Shown here: positions 40,471-52,962 of the stretch, in pieces | Layout: each line of letters begins with the position of its first letter | How positions within the stretch are numbered: the stretch's first letter is position 1 | Origin: Macrostomum lignano | Lineage: Eukaryota | Direction of reading: 5' to 3' | DNA: 64,000 nt | NCBI GenBank assembly: GCA_002269645.1 | Contig: NIVC01002256.1 | Coordinates: 125,422-189,421, forward strand | Notes under the pieces: model-generated | What the model saw: the letters and a program-made list of their open reading frames with translations, nothing else | Database searches by the model: none | Told to the model about the DNA's origin: nothing | Made by a program: the position numbers and the translations under genes

Positions 40471-40964
40471 GTACGGCGGCATTCGCGAGTCCGGCCAGCT
40501 GACGGGCCTCCGCGTGGTCCTCCTTTGCGGAATTCTGGCGGCCTGCCCGCCGGCCTTCTTCCTGCTGCTCCGCGCCAAATTCCTGTCGTTCAAAAGCCTC
40601 GCAGAACTGCGCGACCAGCCGCAGACTCGGGAAGAGTTCGACGAATTCGCCCAGCAGGAAGGGTCTGACAGCGGCGACGAAGCGTCTGAGGCCGAGCAGG
40701 CGGCCCGTACAGCGGCCGCCGCTGCCGCAGGGGCCCCGGCGCAGGCATTCGTCGAGCCGGAATCGTTGCGCAATCTGATGCGCTCGATGCCTGCGGATTC
40801 GCTGGGCGACAAGCTGAGGCGAATGGAGTCTCCGGATGTTGAAGCCGCCGATGCCGATGTCGATGGGGCGAGTAAGAATCCGCGTGCGACTGAGGCTGCC
40901 AAGGCGGCGGCTTCGCAGGATGCCAGCCCGGCGCGTCAGGCTCTGCTGTCGGCTGGTGGCGACT
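40471..40964 (+). CDS. TRPM: TRPM channel, exon 7
   Basis: (W)YGGIR..LRVVLLCGILAACPP..FKSLAELRDQPQTREEF (pre-S1). Confidence 0.9.
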
Positions 40965-41139
40965 GTAAGGATTGGAGCGGTGGAAGCATGAGCACAGTTT
41001 GGGAGAGAGAGCAGTAGAGCGAGGAAATGGTGAAGATGGGGATAGGGAGACAGTGGGAGGGAGTGGTAGGGGAGGAAGTGTGGGAGATGCAGAGCGGAGG
41101 GGAGGAGAGTAGAAGGAGAGTGAAGGAGGGAGAAGAGGA

Positions 41140-44100
41140 GGGAAAGGGTAAAAGGAGAGTGGAAGAGGGAGAAGGAGAGTGGTAGAGGGAGAAGGAGAGT
41201 GGTAGAGGGAGAAGGAGAGTGGTAGAGGGAGAAGGAGAGTGAGAGGGAGAAGGAGAGTGGAGAGGGAGAAGGAGAGTGGAAGAGGGAGAAGGAGAGTGGA
41301 AGAGGGAGAAGGAGAGTGGAAGAGGGAGAAGGAGAGTGGAAGAGGGAGAAGGAGAGTGGAAGAGGGAGAAGGAGAGTGGTAGAGGGAGAAGGAGAGTGGA
41401 AGAGGGAGAAGGAGAGTGGAAGAGGGAGAAGGAGAGTGGTAGAGGGAGAAGGAGAGTGGTAGAGGGAGAAGGAGAGTGGAAGAGGGAGAGGGGAGAAGGA
41501 GAGTGGAAGAGGGAGAGGGGAGAAGAGTGGAAGAGGGAGAAGGAGAGTGGAAGAGGGAGAAGGAGAGTGGAAGAGGGAGAAGGAGAGTGGAAGAGGGAGA
41601 AGGAGAGTGGAAGAGGGAGAAGGAGAGTGGTAGAGGGAGAAGGAGAGTGGTAGAGGGAGAAGGAGAGTGGAAGAGGGAGAAGGAGAGTGGAAGAGGGAGA
41701 AGGAGAGTGGAAGAGGGAGAAGGAGAGTGGAAGAGGGAGAAGGAGAGTGGTAGAGGGAGAAGGAGAGTGGAAGAGGGAGAAGGAGAGTGGAAGAGGGAGA
41801 AGGAGAGTGGAAGAGGGAGAAGGAGAGTGGAAGAGGGAGAAGGAGAGTGGAAGAGGGAGAAGGAGAGTGGTAGAGGGAGAAGGAGAGTGGAAGAGGGAGA
41901 AGGAGAGTGGAAGAGGGAGAAGGAGAGTGGAAGAGGGAGAAGGAGAGTGGAAGAGGGAGAAGGAGAGTGGTAGAGGGAGAAGGAGAGTGGTAGAGGGAGA
42001 AGGAGAGTGGAAGAGGGAGAAGGAGAGTGGAAGAGGGAGAAGGAGAGTGGAAGAGGGAGAAGGAGAGTGGAAGAGGGAGAAGGAGAGTGGTAGAGGGAGA
42101 AGGAGAGTGGAAGAGGGAGAAGGAGAGTGGTAGAGGGAGAAGGAGAGTGGAAGAGGGAGAAGGAGAGTGGAAGAGGGAGAAGGAGAGTGGAAGAGGGAGA
42201 AGGAGAGTGGAAGAGGGAGAAGGAGAGTGGAAGAGGGAGAAGGAGAGTGGAAGAGGGAGAAGGAGAGTGGAAGAGGGAGAAGGAGAGTGGAAGAGGGAGA
42301 AGGAGAGTGGTAGAGGGAGAAGGAGAGTGGTAGAGGGAGAAGGAGAGTGGAAGAGGGAGAAGGAGAGTGGAAGAGGGAGAAGGAGAGTGGAAGAGGGAGA
42401 AGGAGAGTGGAAGAGGGAGAAGGAGAGTGGAAGAGGGAGAAGGAGAGTGGAAGAGGGAGAAGGAGAGTGGAAGAGGGAGAAGGAGAGTGGAAGAGGGAGA
42501 AGGAGAGTGGAAGAGGGAGAAGGAGAGTGGAAGAGGGAGAAGGAGAGTGGTAGAGGGAGAAGGAGAGTGGAAGAGGGAGAAGGAGAGTGGAAGAGGGAGA
42601 AGGAGAGTGGAAGAGGGAGAAGGAGAGTGGAAGAGGGAGAAGGAGAGTGGTAGAGGGAGAAGGAGAGTGGTAGAGGGAGAAGGAGAGTGGAAGAGGGAGA
42701 AGGAGAGTGGAAGAGGGAGAAGGAGAGTGGAAGAGGGAGAAGGAGAGTGGAAGAGGGAGAAGGAGAGTGGTAGAGGGAGAAGGAGAGTGGAAGAGGGAGA
42801 AGGAGAGTGGAAGAGGGAGAAGGAGAGTGGTAGAGGGAGAAGGAGAGTGGAAGAGGGAGAAGGAGAGTGGAAGAGGGAGAAGGAGAGTGGAAGAGGGAGA
42901 AGGAGAGTGGAAGAGGGAGAAGGAGAGTGGAAGAGGGAGAAGGAGAGTGGAAGAGGGAGAAGGAGAGTGGTAGAGGGAGAAGGAGAGTGGAAGAGGGAGA
43001 AGGAGAGTGGAAGAGGGAGAAGGAGAGTGGAAGAGGGAGAAGGAGAGTGGAAGAGGGAGAAGGAGAGTGGAAGAGGGAGAAGGAGAGTGGAAGAGGGAGA
43101 AGGAGAGTGGAAGAGGGAGAAGGAGAGTGGAAGAGGGAGAAGGAGAGTGGAAGAGGGAGAAGGAGAGTGGAAGAGGGAGAAGGAGAGTGGTAGAGGGAGA
43201 AGGAGAGTGGTAGAGGGAGAAGGAGAGTGGAAGAGGGAGAAGGAGAGTGGTAGAGGGAGAAGGAGAGTGGAAGAGGGAGAAGGAGAGTGGAAGAGGGAGA
43301 AGGAGAGTGGAAGAGGGAGAAGGAGAGTGGAAGAGGGAGAAGGAGAGTGGAAGAGGGAGAAGGAGAGTGGAAGAGGGAGAAGGAGAGTGGAAGAGGGAGA
43401 AGGAGAGTGGAAGAGGGAGAAGGAGAGTGGAAGAGGGAGAAGGAGAGTGGAAGAGGGAGAAGGAGAGTGGAAGAGGGAGAAGGAGAGTGGTAGAGGGAGA
43501 AGGAGAGTGGAAGAGGGAGAAGGAGAGTGGAAGAGGGAGAAGGAGAGTGGAAGAGGGAGAAGGAGAGTGGTAGAGGGAGAAGGAGAGTGGAAGAGGGAGA
43601 AGGAGAGTGGAAGAGGGAGAAGGAGAGTGGTAGAGGGAGGAGAGTGGAAGAGGGAGAAGGAGAGTGGAAGAGGGAGAAGGAGAGTGGAAGAGGGAGAAGG
43701 AGAGTGGAAGAGGGAGAAGGAGAGTGGAAGAGGGAGAAGGAGAGTGGTAGAGGGAGAAGGAGAGTGGAAGAGGGAGAAGGAGAGTGGAAGAGGGAGAAGG
43801 AGAGTGGAAGAGGGAGAAGGAGAGTGGAAGAGGGAGAAGGAGAGTGGAAGAGGGAGAAGGAGAGTGGAAGAGGGAGAAGGAGAGTGGAAGAGGGAGAAGG
43901 AGAGTGGAAGAGGGAGAAGGAGAGTGGAAGAGGGAGAAGGAGAGTGGAAGAGGGAGAAGGAGAGTGGAAGAGGGAGAAGGAGAGTGGTAGAGGGAGAAGG
44001 AGAGTGGTAGAGGGAGAAGGAGAGTGGAAGAGGGAGAAGGAGAGTGGTAGAGGGAGAAGGAGAGTGGAAGAGGGAGAAGGAGAGTGGAAGAGGGAGAAGG

Positions 44101-44620
44101 AGAGTGGAAGAGGGAGAAGGAGAGTGGTAGAGGGAGAAGGAGAGTGGAAGAGGGAGAAGGAGAGTGGAAGAGGGAGAAGGAGAGTGGAAGAGGGAGAAGG
44201 AGAGTGGTAGAGGGAGAAGGAGAGTGGTAGAGGGAGAAGGAGAGTGGAAGAGGGAGAAGGAGAGTGGAAGAGGGAGAAGGAGAGTGGTAGAGGGAGAAGG
44301 AGAGTGGAAGAGGGAGAAGGAGAGTGGAAGAGGGAGAAGGAGAGTGGAAGAGGGAGAAGGAGAGTGGAAGAGGGAGAAGGAGAGTGGAAGAGGGAGAAGG
44401 AGAGTGGAAGAGGGAGAAGGAGAGTGGAAGAGGGAGAAGGAGAGTGGAAGAGGGAGAAGGAGAGTGGAAGAGGGAGAAGGAGAGTGGAAGAGGGAGAGGG
44501 GAGAAGAGTGGAAGAGGGAGAAGGAGAGTGGAAGAGGGAGAAGGAGAGTGGTAGAGGGAGAAGGAGAGTGGAAGAGGGAGAGGGGAGAAGAGTGGAAGAG
44601 GGAGAGAGTGGGTGAGGGAG
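41140..44620. repeat. 20-bp polypurine minisatellite (GGAGAGTGGWAGAGGGAGAA), ~170 copies, TRPM intron 7
   Basis: Very homogeneous array with an A/T variant at one position. Confidence 0.98.
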
Positions 44621-44812
44621 AATAGGAGAAACGGAGCGAGAGAAAGAGGCTAAGAGTGAGAGTGGGAAAGTTAGTGTGTGAGTAAGGAGAAGGGAACTGG
44701 GGAGGTTGTGAGCACTGAGCAGGGACAATGTGAGACAGAGAGCACGGATTAGAAATCGTGAACTTACATGTAAATCGGACAGTACACAGACTGCGTCATC
44801 TCTTTCCTCCAG

Positions 44813-45564
44813 CAGCCGCCCAGCAGCAGCAGCAAAAGCAAGCACCTGTTCTTCACTATCACCTGGAAGACCCCAACAGGCGAGTTCGCAATTACACTTA
44901 CCGATCCGGTGTGCAACCTTATGGCCAGGCTCCGCCTCAGCCTCCGGTGATGCAGCAGCAGCAGCAGCAGCAGCACGATCGCCTACCCTATCGAATGTGC
45001 GTATCCGAGTTCTTCAGCGCTCCCATCACTCGCTACTGGCTGCATTTGATGTCGTACGCTTTCTTCATCGCCTCGTTTCTGTCCTACGCTCTCGTGGCGC
45101 TGCCGCAGAAGCGGCTGCTGTGGCAGGAGGTCGTCGTGTTCGCCTACGTGGCCTCCTACGCGGCCGACAAAGTCAGGGAGGTGGCTTTCAGCGGCGGTCG
45201 GAATTTCAAAACTAACCTGACTGTTCACCTGTCCGACGCTTGGAATGTCTTTGATCTGTGCGTCTGCGCGGTGTCCGCTGTTGGCATAGCAACCAGGTTG
45301 GCTTCTCTGTGGTGCTGTGTCTACGGCCCCGCTGTTGAGTTCGACTTCTATGCCAACTACAGCCGGTTGCTGGGCCCTGCGGATGACCCGACTGAGCTGG
45401 CTGACTTTGCCGTGCAGTTTTATTTGTTCTTCTGCTCCCAGAATATCATGGTGCTGGCGCTGGGACTCTGGCTGCTGCGCGTGTTCGAAGTGCTGATCAA
45501 TTGGAAACACCTGGGACCGTATCTGTACATGGTGGCCAGCATGATGGGCAAGATGCTGCCGCCC
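44813..45564 (+). CDS. TRPM: TRPM channel, exon 8 (S1-S4, start of S5)
   Basis: EFFSAPITRYW..WQEVVVFAY..KVREV..DAWNVFD..WLLRVFEV..HLGPYLYMV. Confidence 0.95.
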
Positions 45565-45594
45565 GTGAGTGTCTGTTGGCGTGACTGGCTATTC

Positions 45595-47030
45595 CACACC
45601 CTATCCGTCTCTACTCCACATCCTACCGACTCTGCTCCACACCCTACCGACTCTGCTCTACATCCTACCGACTCTGCTCCACATCCTACCTACTCTGCTC
45701 CACATCCTACCGACTCTGCTCCACACCCTACCGACTCTACTCTACACCCTACCGACTCTGCTCCACACCCTACCGACTCTGCTCCACATCCTACCGACTC
45801 TGCTCCACACCTTACCCGACTCTACTCTACACCCTACCGACGACTCTACTCCACACCCTACCGACTCTGCTCCACACACTACCGACTCTACTCCACACCC
45901 TACCAACTCTACTCTACACCCGCCCTGCTCCGCCCTACACCGACTCTGCTCCACACCTTACCCGACTCTACTCTACACCCTACCGACTCTACTCTACACA
46001 CTACCGACTCTGCTCCACACCCTACCGACTCTACTCCACACCCTACCGACTCTACGTACTCCACACCCTACCGACTCTGCTCCACACCCTACCCGACTCT
46101 GCTCCACACCCTACCGACTCTGCTCCACACCCTACCGACTCTACTCCACGCCCTACCGACTCTGCTCCACACCCTACCGACTCTGCTCCACACCCTACCA
46201 GACTCTACTCCACACCCTACCGACTCTGCTCCACACCCTACCGACTCTGCTCCACACCCTACCGACTCTGCTCCACACACTACCGACTCTACTCCACACC
46301 CTACCAACTCTACTCTACACCCGCCCTGCTCCGCCCTACACCGACTCTGCTCCACACCTTACCCGACTCTACTCTACACACTACCGACTCTGCTCCACAC
46401 CCTACCGACTCTACTCCACACCCTACCGACTCTACGTACTCCACACCCTACCGACTCTGCTCCACACCCTACCCGACTCTGCTCCACACCCTACCGACTC
46501 TGCTCCACACCCTACCGACTCTACTCCACGCCCTACCGACTCTGCTCCACACCCTACCGACTCTGCTCCACACCCTACCCGACTCTACTCCACACCCTAC
46601 CGACTCTGCTCCACACCCTACCGACTCTGCTCCACACCCTACCGACTCTACTCCACGCCCTACCGACTCTGCTCCACACCCTACCCGACTCTACTCCACA
46701 CCCTACCGACTCTGCTCCACACCCTACCCGACTCTACTCCATGCCCTACCGACTCTGCTCCACACCCTACCGACTCTACTCTACACCCAACCGACTCTGC
46801 TCCACACCCTACCCGACTCTACTCCACACTCTACCCGACTCTACTCCACACCCTACCGACTCTACTCCACACCCTACCGACTCTGCTCCACACCCTACCC
46901 GACTCTGCTCCACATCCTACCCGACTCTACTCCACGCCTTACCGACTCTACTCAACAATCTACCCGACTCTACTCCCCAGTCTGCCCGACTCTACTCAAC
47001 ACCCTACAGACTAAACACCATTTGCGACTA
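45595..47030. repeat. 21-bp minisatellite (CTCCACACCCTACCGACTCTR), TRPM intron 8
   Basis: Tandem units with duplicated variant blocks. Confidence 0.95.
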
Positions 47031-47062
47031 TATTTCTGATTGAACTTGCCCGCTTCCTACAG

Positions 47063-47519
47063 ATAGTAATCATCTTTGTCCCGCTGTGTGCTTTCGGCAT
47101 CATTCGTCAGGGCATCCAGTATCCTGGCCATGACCGGTTCAACATCACTGTTGTCAAGGGCATCTTGCTCAAGCCCTACTTTATGCTCTACGGCGAGGTC
47201 TACGCCGACGAGATTGACCCGGACGGCTGGTCCGGCCTGGAGAGCCTCATGCCTCTGCGCTCCATCGTGCCAATATCTATGGTAATATTCCTCCTGGTAA
47301 CCGTGATTGTCTGCATCAGCATCATCATCGCCGTATTCAACGACATCTATCACGAGGTGCACGAGAAGTCTAAGCAGGTGTACAAATATCTCAGATTCTC
47401 CATCATTATTGAGTACGAGTCCATGCCCGTGTTCCCGCCGCCGTTCTCTCTGTTCTCTTGGCTGTACCTGCTGGGCAGGTGGCTTCATCGGAGGCTGACG
47501 CGAAAAGAGGAAGACGAAG
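47063..47519 (+). CDS. TRPM: TRPM channel, exon 9 (S5, pore, S6, TRP helix)
   Basis: AFGIIRQGI..PYFMLYGEVYADEID..IAVFN..YESMPVFPPPF. Confidence 0.96.
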
Positions 47520-47534
47520 GTGAGATTATATGAG

Positions 47535-48620
47535 AGTAGATTAGCAATCCATTTTGGTTATTTAGTTATTGACTAGATTAGCAATCCATTTGGGTTATTT
47601 AGTTATTGACTAGATTAGCAATCCATTTTGGTTATTTAGTTATTGACTAGATTAGCAATCCATTTTGGTTATTTAGTTATTGACTAGATCAGCAATCCAT
47701 TTCGATTTTTTAGTTATTGGCTAGATTAGCAATCCATTTTGCCTATTTAGTTATTGACTAGATTAGCAATCCATTTTGGTTATTTAGTTATTGGCTAGAT
47801 TAGCAATCCATTTTGGTTATTTAGTTATTGACTAGATTAGTAATCCACTTTGGTATTTAGTTATTGACTAGATTAGCAATCCATTTTGGTTATTTAGTTA
47901 TTGACTAGATTAGCAATCCATTTTGGTTATTTAGTTATTGGCTAGATTAGCAATCCATTTTGGTTATTTAGTTATTGACTAGATTAGTAATCCAATTTAG
48001 TATTTAGTTATTGACTAGATTAGCAATCCATTTTGGTTATTTAGTTATTGGCTAGATTAGCAATCCATTTTGGTTATTTAGTTATTGGCTAGATTAGCAA
48101 TCCATTTTGGTTATTTAGTTATTGGCTAGATTAGCAATCCATTTTGGTTATTTAGTTATTGACTAGACTAGCAATCCATTTTGGTTATTTAGTTATTGAC
48201 TAGACTAGCAATCCATTTTGGTTATTTAGTTATCGACTAGATTAGCAATCCCTTTTGGTTATTTACTTATTGACTAGATTAGCAATCCATTTTGATTATT
48301 TAGTTATTGACTAGATTAGCAATCCATTTTGATTATTTAGTTATTGACTAGATTAGCAATCCATTTTGATTATTTAGTTATTGACTAGATTAGCAATCCA
48401 TTTTGGTTATTTAGTTATTGACTAGACTAGCAATCCATTTTGCCTAATTAGTTATTGACTAGATTAGCAATCCATTTTGCCTAATTAGTTATTGACTAGA
48501 CTAGCAATCCATTTTGCCTAATTAGTTATTGACTAGATTAGCAATCTATTTTGATTATTTCATTATTGGGTAGACTAGCAATCCATTTCGATTTTGTACA
48601 TGTTGGCTAGACTAGCAATC
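47535..48620. repeat. 37-bp minisatellite (GACTAGATTAGCAATCCATTTTGGTTATTTAGTTATT), TRPM intron 9
   Basis: About 29 tandem units. Confidence 0.96.
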
Positions 48621-48647
48621 TACCGAATCCCCCAAAAATTCCCCCAG

Positions 48648-49876
48648 ACGAATTCCCGGACTCGAGCGGCATCGAGGACGGCCGGGTGATCACCTCGCTG
48701 AAGCTGTTCCTCCGGCCTGAGGAGGCGGCCGCCTTGCAGAGTTTTGAGTCGCAGTGCGTGCAGGACCTCCTGCTCATTCGGACTCGACTCGAACGCGGCC
48801 GCAGTCCCGGCCAGTTGTCCGAATTGTCCGACCGCCAGCTGACGGACGATGCAGCACCACCGGCGCCAACGCCCGAAACTGCATCAGCGGCGGCAGCGGC
48901 AGCGGCGGCGGACGCGGCCACCCGCGTCAACGACCTGACGCAGCGGCACCTTCTGGCAGCTGTGGAGCGACGAATCGCTGCCGCGGAGGCTGCCGCCGCA
49001 GCCGCGGCCGAAGCGGCCACCGCCGCTGCCGCTGCCGTAGCCATGGTTGTCGGCAGCTCCGAGCAGCAGCCGCCGCCGCAACCGCAGCCGCCGACGCCGC
49101 AGACGGGCCAGGACTCTGGCGGCCAGTCTGCTCCACAGCAACAGCGACAGCCGAGCATCCGCCGACCGCTCAGGCGAGCCTCCTCGATTTCCGAGACTCC
49201 ACAGCAGCTGTCCGCGGCCGAGGCAGCTCCGTTGAACATCCTGCTGGGCCTCCGGCCGCCTCCCGACTGCGGCTACACCAGCATCTGCGACGCTATCGAC
49301 ATCGGGCCGACTCTGGCCACCGCTGCTGCCACCGACGCATCCGAGGTCTCCGTGGCTTCGCCGCCGCGGCCGTCTCCGCTACGACGACTGGACGCCACGT
49401 TGCGAGACGCCGAGGAGCGAGAGCGCTCCGTGCTGGGCAGCGCGCTGCGTCGAAGACTTCGCCAGTTCAGCATCACCGGCGAGTTGCCCGAAGGTGTCGG
49501 TGAAGGCAGCGCCGCCGCCTATGACACCGTTGGCAACGAAGCTGAGGATGGCGACGGCCGAGAGGGCGATGACGGTGACACTGGGGAGGCCGATGAGAAG
49601 GCCTCGCTGCAGGACATCATGGAGGTGGCCCTCGAACGTCTCGTTGACGCCGAGTTGCGCGACTGCGGCGTAGACCAGCTGCAGCAGCTTCGGCTGCAGG
49701 AGTTCGACGACGAGGAAGACGATGACGGCGGAGTTGGAGACGAAGGCGGCTACGAGGACGCCATGGCGATGATGGCGGCCGGCGGCGGCCCGAGCAGCTT
49801 CGACTTAAGCGGCGATCCGGCGGCCTGCCCGTCCGTGGACGTCCCAGATGAGGCGGATGAGGAGACTGGGGTGTGA
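48648..49876 (+). CDS. TRPM: TRPM channel, exon 10 (C-terminus)
   Basis: SLKLFLRPEEAAALQSFESQCV matches TRPM LKLF..FEEQC; Ala/Gln-rich and acidic tail; stop TGA. Confidence 0.9.
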
Positions 49877-50590
49877 GAGTAGAGAGCGGATTGACGGGAG
49901 TAGAGAGCGGATTGATGAGAGTAGAGTGCGGATTAAAGAGAGTAGAGTGCGGATTAAAGAGAGTAGAGTGCTGATTAAAAGAGTAGAGTGCGGATTAAAG
50001 AGAGTAGAGTGCGGATTAAAGAGAGTAGAGTGCGGATTAAAGAGAGTAGAGTGCGGATTATAGAGAGTAGAGTGCTGATTAAAAGAGTAGAGAGCGGATT
50101 GACGGCAGTAGAGAGCGGATTGATGAGAGTACAGAGCGGATTGAGTAGAGGAGAGAGCGGATTAAAGAGAGTAGAGTGCGGATTAAAGAGAGTAGAGTGC
50201 GGATTAAAGAGAGTAGAGAGCGGATTAAAGAGAGTAGAGTGTGGATTAAAGAGAGTAGAGTGCGGATTAAAGAGAGTAGAGTGCGGATTAAAGAGAGTAG
50301 AGTGCGGATTAAAGAGAGTAGAGAGCGGATTAAAGAGAGTAGAGTGTGGATTAAAGAGAGTAGAGAGCGGATTAAAGAGAGTAGAGTGTGGATTAAAGAG
50401 AGTAGAGTGCGGATTAAAGAGAGTAGAGTGTGGATTAAAGAGAGTAGAGAGCGGATTAAAGAGAGTAGAGTGTGGATTAAAGAGAGTAGAGTGCGGATTA
50501 AAGAGAGTAGAGTGCTGATTAAAAGAGTAGAGAGCGGATTAAAGAAAGTGGAGAGCAGATTGACGGGAGTAGAGAGCGGATTAAAGTGAG
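49875..50590. repeat. 21-bp minisatellite (GAGAGTAGAGTGCGGATTAAA) starting at the TRPM stop codon
   Basis: Tandem units. Confidence 0.95.
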
Positions 50591-51329
50591 TGTATAGAGC
50601 TTATCTATGAAGGTAGTACGCGGTTAACCAAGAGTAACTTAATTAAAGCTTCTTGGTTAATCGGCTTCTCTTAAGGCTAACATTTTTTGCGTAAATGTCT
50701 ATCTGAAAATGGTTAGTCATCGCAGTATTCTCATTCGTATTGCTTATCAGTAATTAGAAGGTTATTTTCCTAGTACAATATTGTCACCATAAAGTACACA
50801 GCTGATAACTTAGCGATTAGATAATCAATTATTTTCTGATAGGCTCACTCAGTCACGAGTTCTTTAACACTGTTGCGGGCGAAAACCTACTGACACATCA
50901 TAAATTGCGTTTTGCGAAACGAATTCTGCCAATTAGTAACGATAATGCTCGATTTTGTTGGTTTTTACACTGCCTTTTTGTAAATAGTCGAGAACTTTTT
51001 GGTAGCTAATAGTGTTGACAATAAGTATTTTTCTAACTTTATCTGACCATTTTGAAGGCCTTAAATACCTACTTTAGCCATAACAGGTATTCTCACTTAA
51101 CTTTCAAGGTCCCAGGGCATCAGAACTTTTTTAAATATTTAATTTTTAATATTTTTCTATTAAATTTAGTTGCAGTATGTACATTTTTTCATTTTTTCAA
51201 GGCTTCATTTTGTATGCCATTTGGCGCAGAAATACGAGCTAATCATGACTCAATAACTTAGGTGTACGAGGCTTGATTTGCAATTCACCTCAATGTTCAC
51301 TCACGTCATCCAGCCGCGATTTCAATTCA

Positions 51330-51660
51330 CCCCCTCTCGCCCGGTGTACACCCACCCCCCTCCGCCAGCCAGCCAGCCAGCCCCAATTTCAATTCCCTCC
51401 GCCAGCCAGTCAGCCCCGACCGATTTCAATTCAAGCCCCTCACCAAAAATGTACACCCACTCTCTCCGCCAGCCAGCCAGCCAGCCCCGATTTCAATTCC
51501 CTCCGCCAGCCAGTCAGCCCCGACCGATTTCAATTCAAGCCCCTCACCAAAAATGTACACCCACTCTCTCCGCCAGCCAGCCAGCCCCGATTTCAATTCA
51601 AGCCCCTCACCAAATTTACACCCACCCCCTCCGCCAGCCAGCCAGCCCCGATCTCAATTC
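51330..51660. repeat. Composite ~104-bp tandem repeat (CCCTCCGCCAGCCAGCC..ATTTCAATTC)
   Basis: About 3 imperfect units. Confidence 0.85.
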
Positions 51661-52299
51661 CACCAATGTACATTCAACTAGACCAGTTTTTTAAACGAAC
51701 CATTTACAATGAAATCCTTTCGAATTTGCAGCAGATCTCGTTTTTTATTCAAATTTTTGCTTCTTTCTGATGATAATTTCACGGGAAAACCTTTTATAGG
51801 GTACGAAATTTTCCTTTTCCCCATAATCTAGATAGCAGTGCATGGTTTTCATCAAGTATTCTTTATTTATGGCATGTACTCTATTATTTTGACACTTCCT
51901 TTTAATTTTAGTCTTCTTTTTGTTCCCGTGTTTTGTTATTCAAAATGTTCCACTGTTTTAACCAGTGCGTGAACTCAATTTTAAAGAGGCTGTAAATCTT
52001 TTTCTGGATAACTTGTATTGCATGCAAAATCTGCTTTGCACGACTTAGTTTGGTGTAGCATCTCATTATCATTAAATTGCGTGTAATAGCTTTTATCCGC
52101 CCAAAATTGAATACACTGAAATATAAACTCTGTGGATTACTGTTTCTCCTTTTACGAGTTAGTGCTGACTTTTGAGATTTTCATTAATTCAATTTTTTGT
52201 TGCAAAGTTTTCAAACGTTACGTTACCTAAAGCAAGATTAGAATTTCTGAAAAACAGTTTCTCAAAAAAAATTTACGGTTTCTGTTAAAAAATGGATGA

Positions 52300-52920
52300 T
52301 TTCTTAGAATCCCAAATTAGGCGATTTCTTAGACACAATAATGCACGATTTTTAGAATCGTGATTCCTACAACGGACAAATTCTTAGAATCACAATTTAG
52401 ACGCTTTCTTAGAATGTCGAAACAGCGATCGATTTCTTAGAATCACACAACCGACGATTTATAAGAATCTAAGAATAGACGATTTCTTTCTTAGAATTTT
52501 AAAATGGATATTTTCCTAGAATCTCAAAAAAAATTTAATTTTAAGATGAACAATTTCTTAGAATTCCAAATTAGAACACGGTTTCTTAGAAACCCAAAAT
52601 GGACAGTTTCTTAGAATCTCACAATAGACAGTTTCTTAAAATCCCACAATGGACAGTTTCTTAGAATACCACAATGGACAGTTTCTTACAATCCCACAAT
52701 GGACAGTTTCTTAGAATTCCAGAATGGACAGTTTCTTAGAATCCCAGAATGGACAGTTTCTTAGAATTCCAGAATGAACAGTTTCTTAGAATTCCAGAAT
52801 GGACAGTTTCTTAGAAACCCAAAATGGACAGTTTCTTAGAATTCCAGAATGGACAGTTTCTTAGAACTCCAGAATGGACAGTTTCTTAGAATTCCACAAT
52901 GCGCAACTTCTTAGAATCCC
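52300..52920. repeat. 25-bp minisatellite (AATGGACAGTTTCTTAGAATTCCAG) just upstream of ALDH3
   Basis: Degenerate 5' part, regular at 52600-52900. Confidence 0.9.
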
Positions 52921-52962
52921 GATTTGTCATTTTCTTCGAACTCGAACAACTCATGCGCTGCC

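Noticed and set aside
40433-44845. 1470-aa minus-strand ORF and the many EEGEGEWKR ORFs
   Set aside because: Stop-free 20-bp repeat in TRPM intron 7.
52924-52962. N-terminal extension of ALDH3 in the ORF track
   Set aside because: Starts at a non-ATG codon; GCCATG at 52963 gives a normal ALDH3 start.
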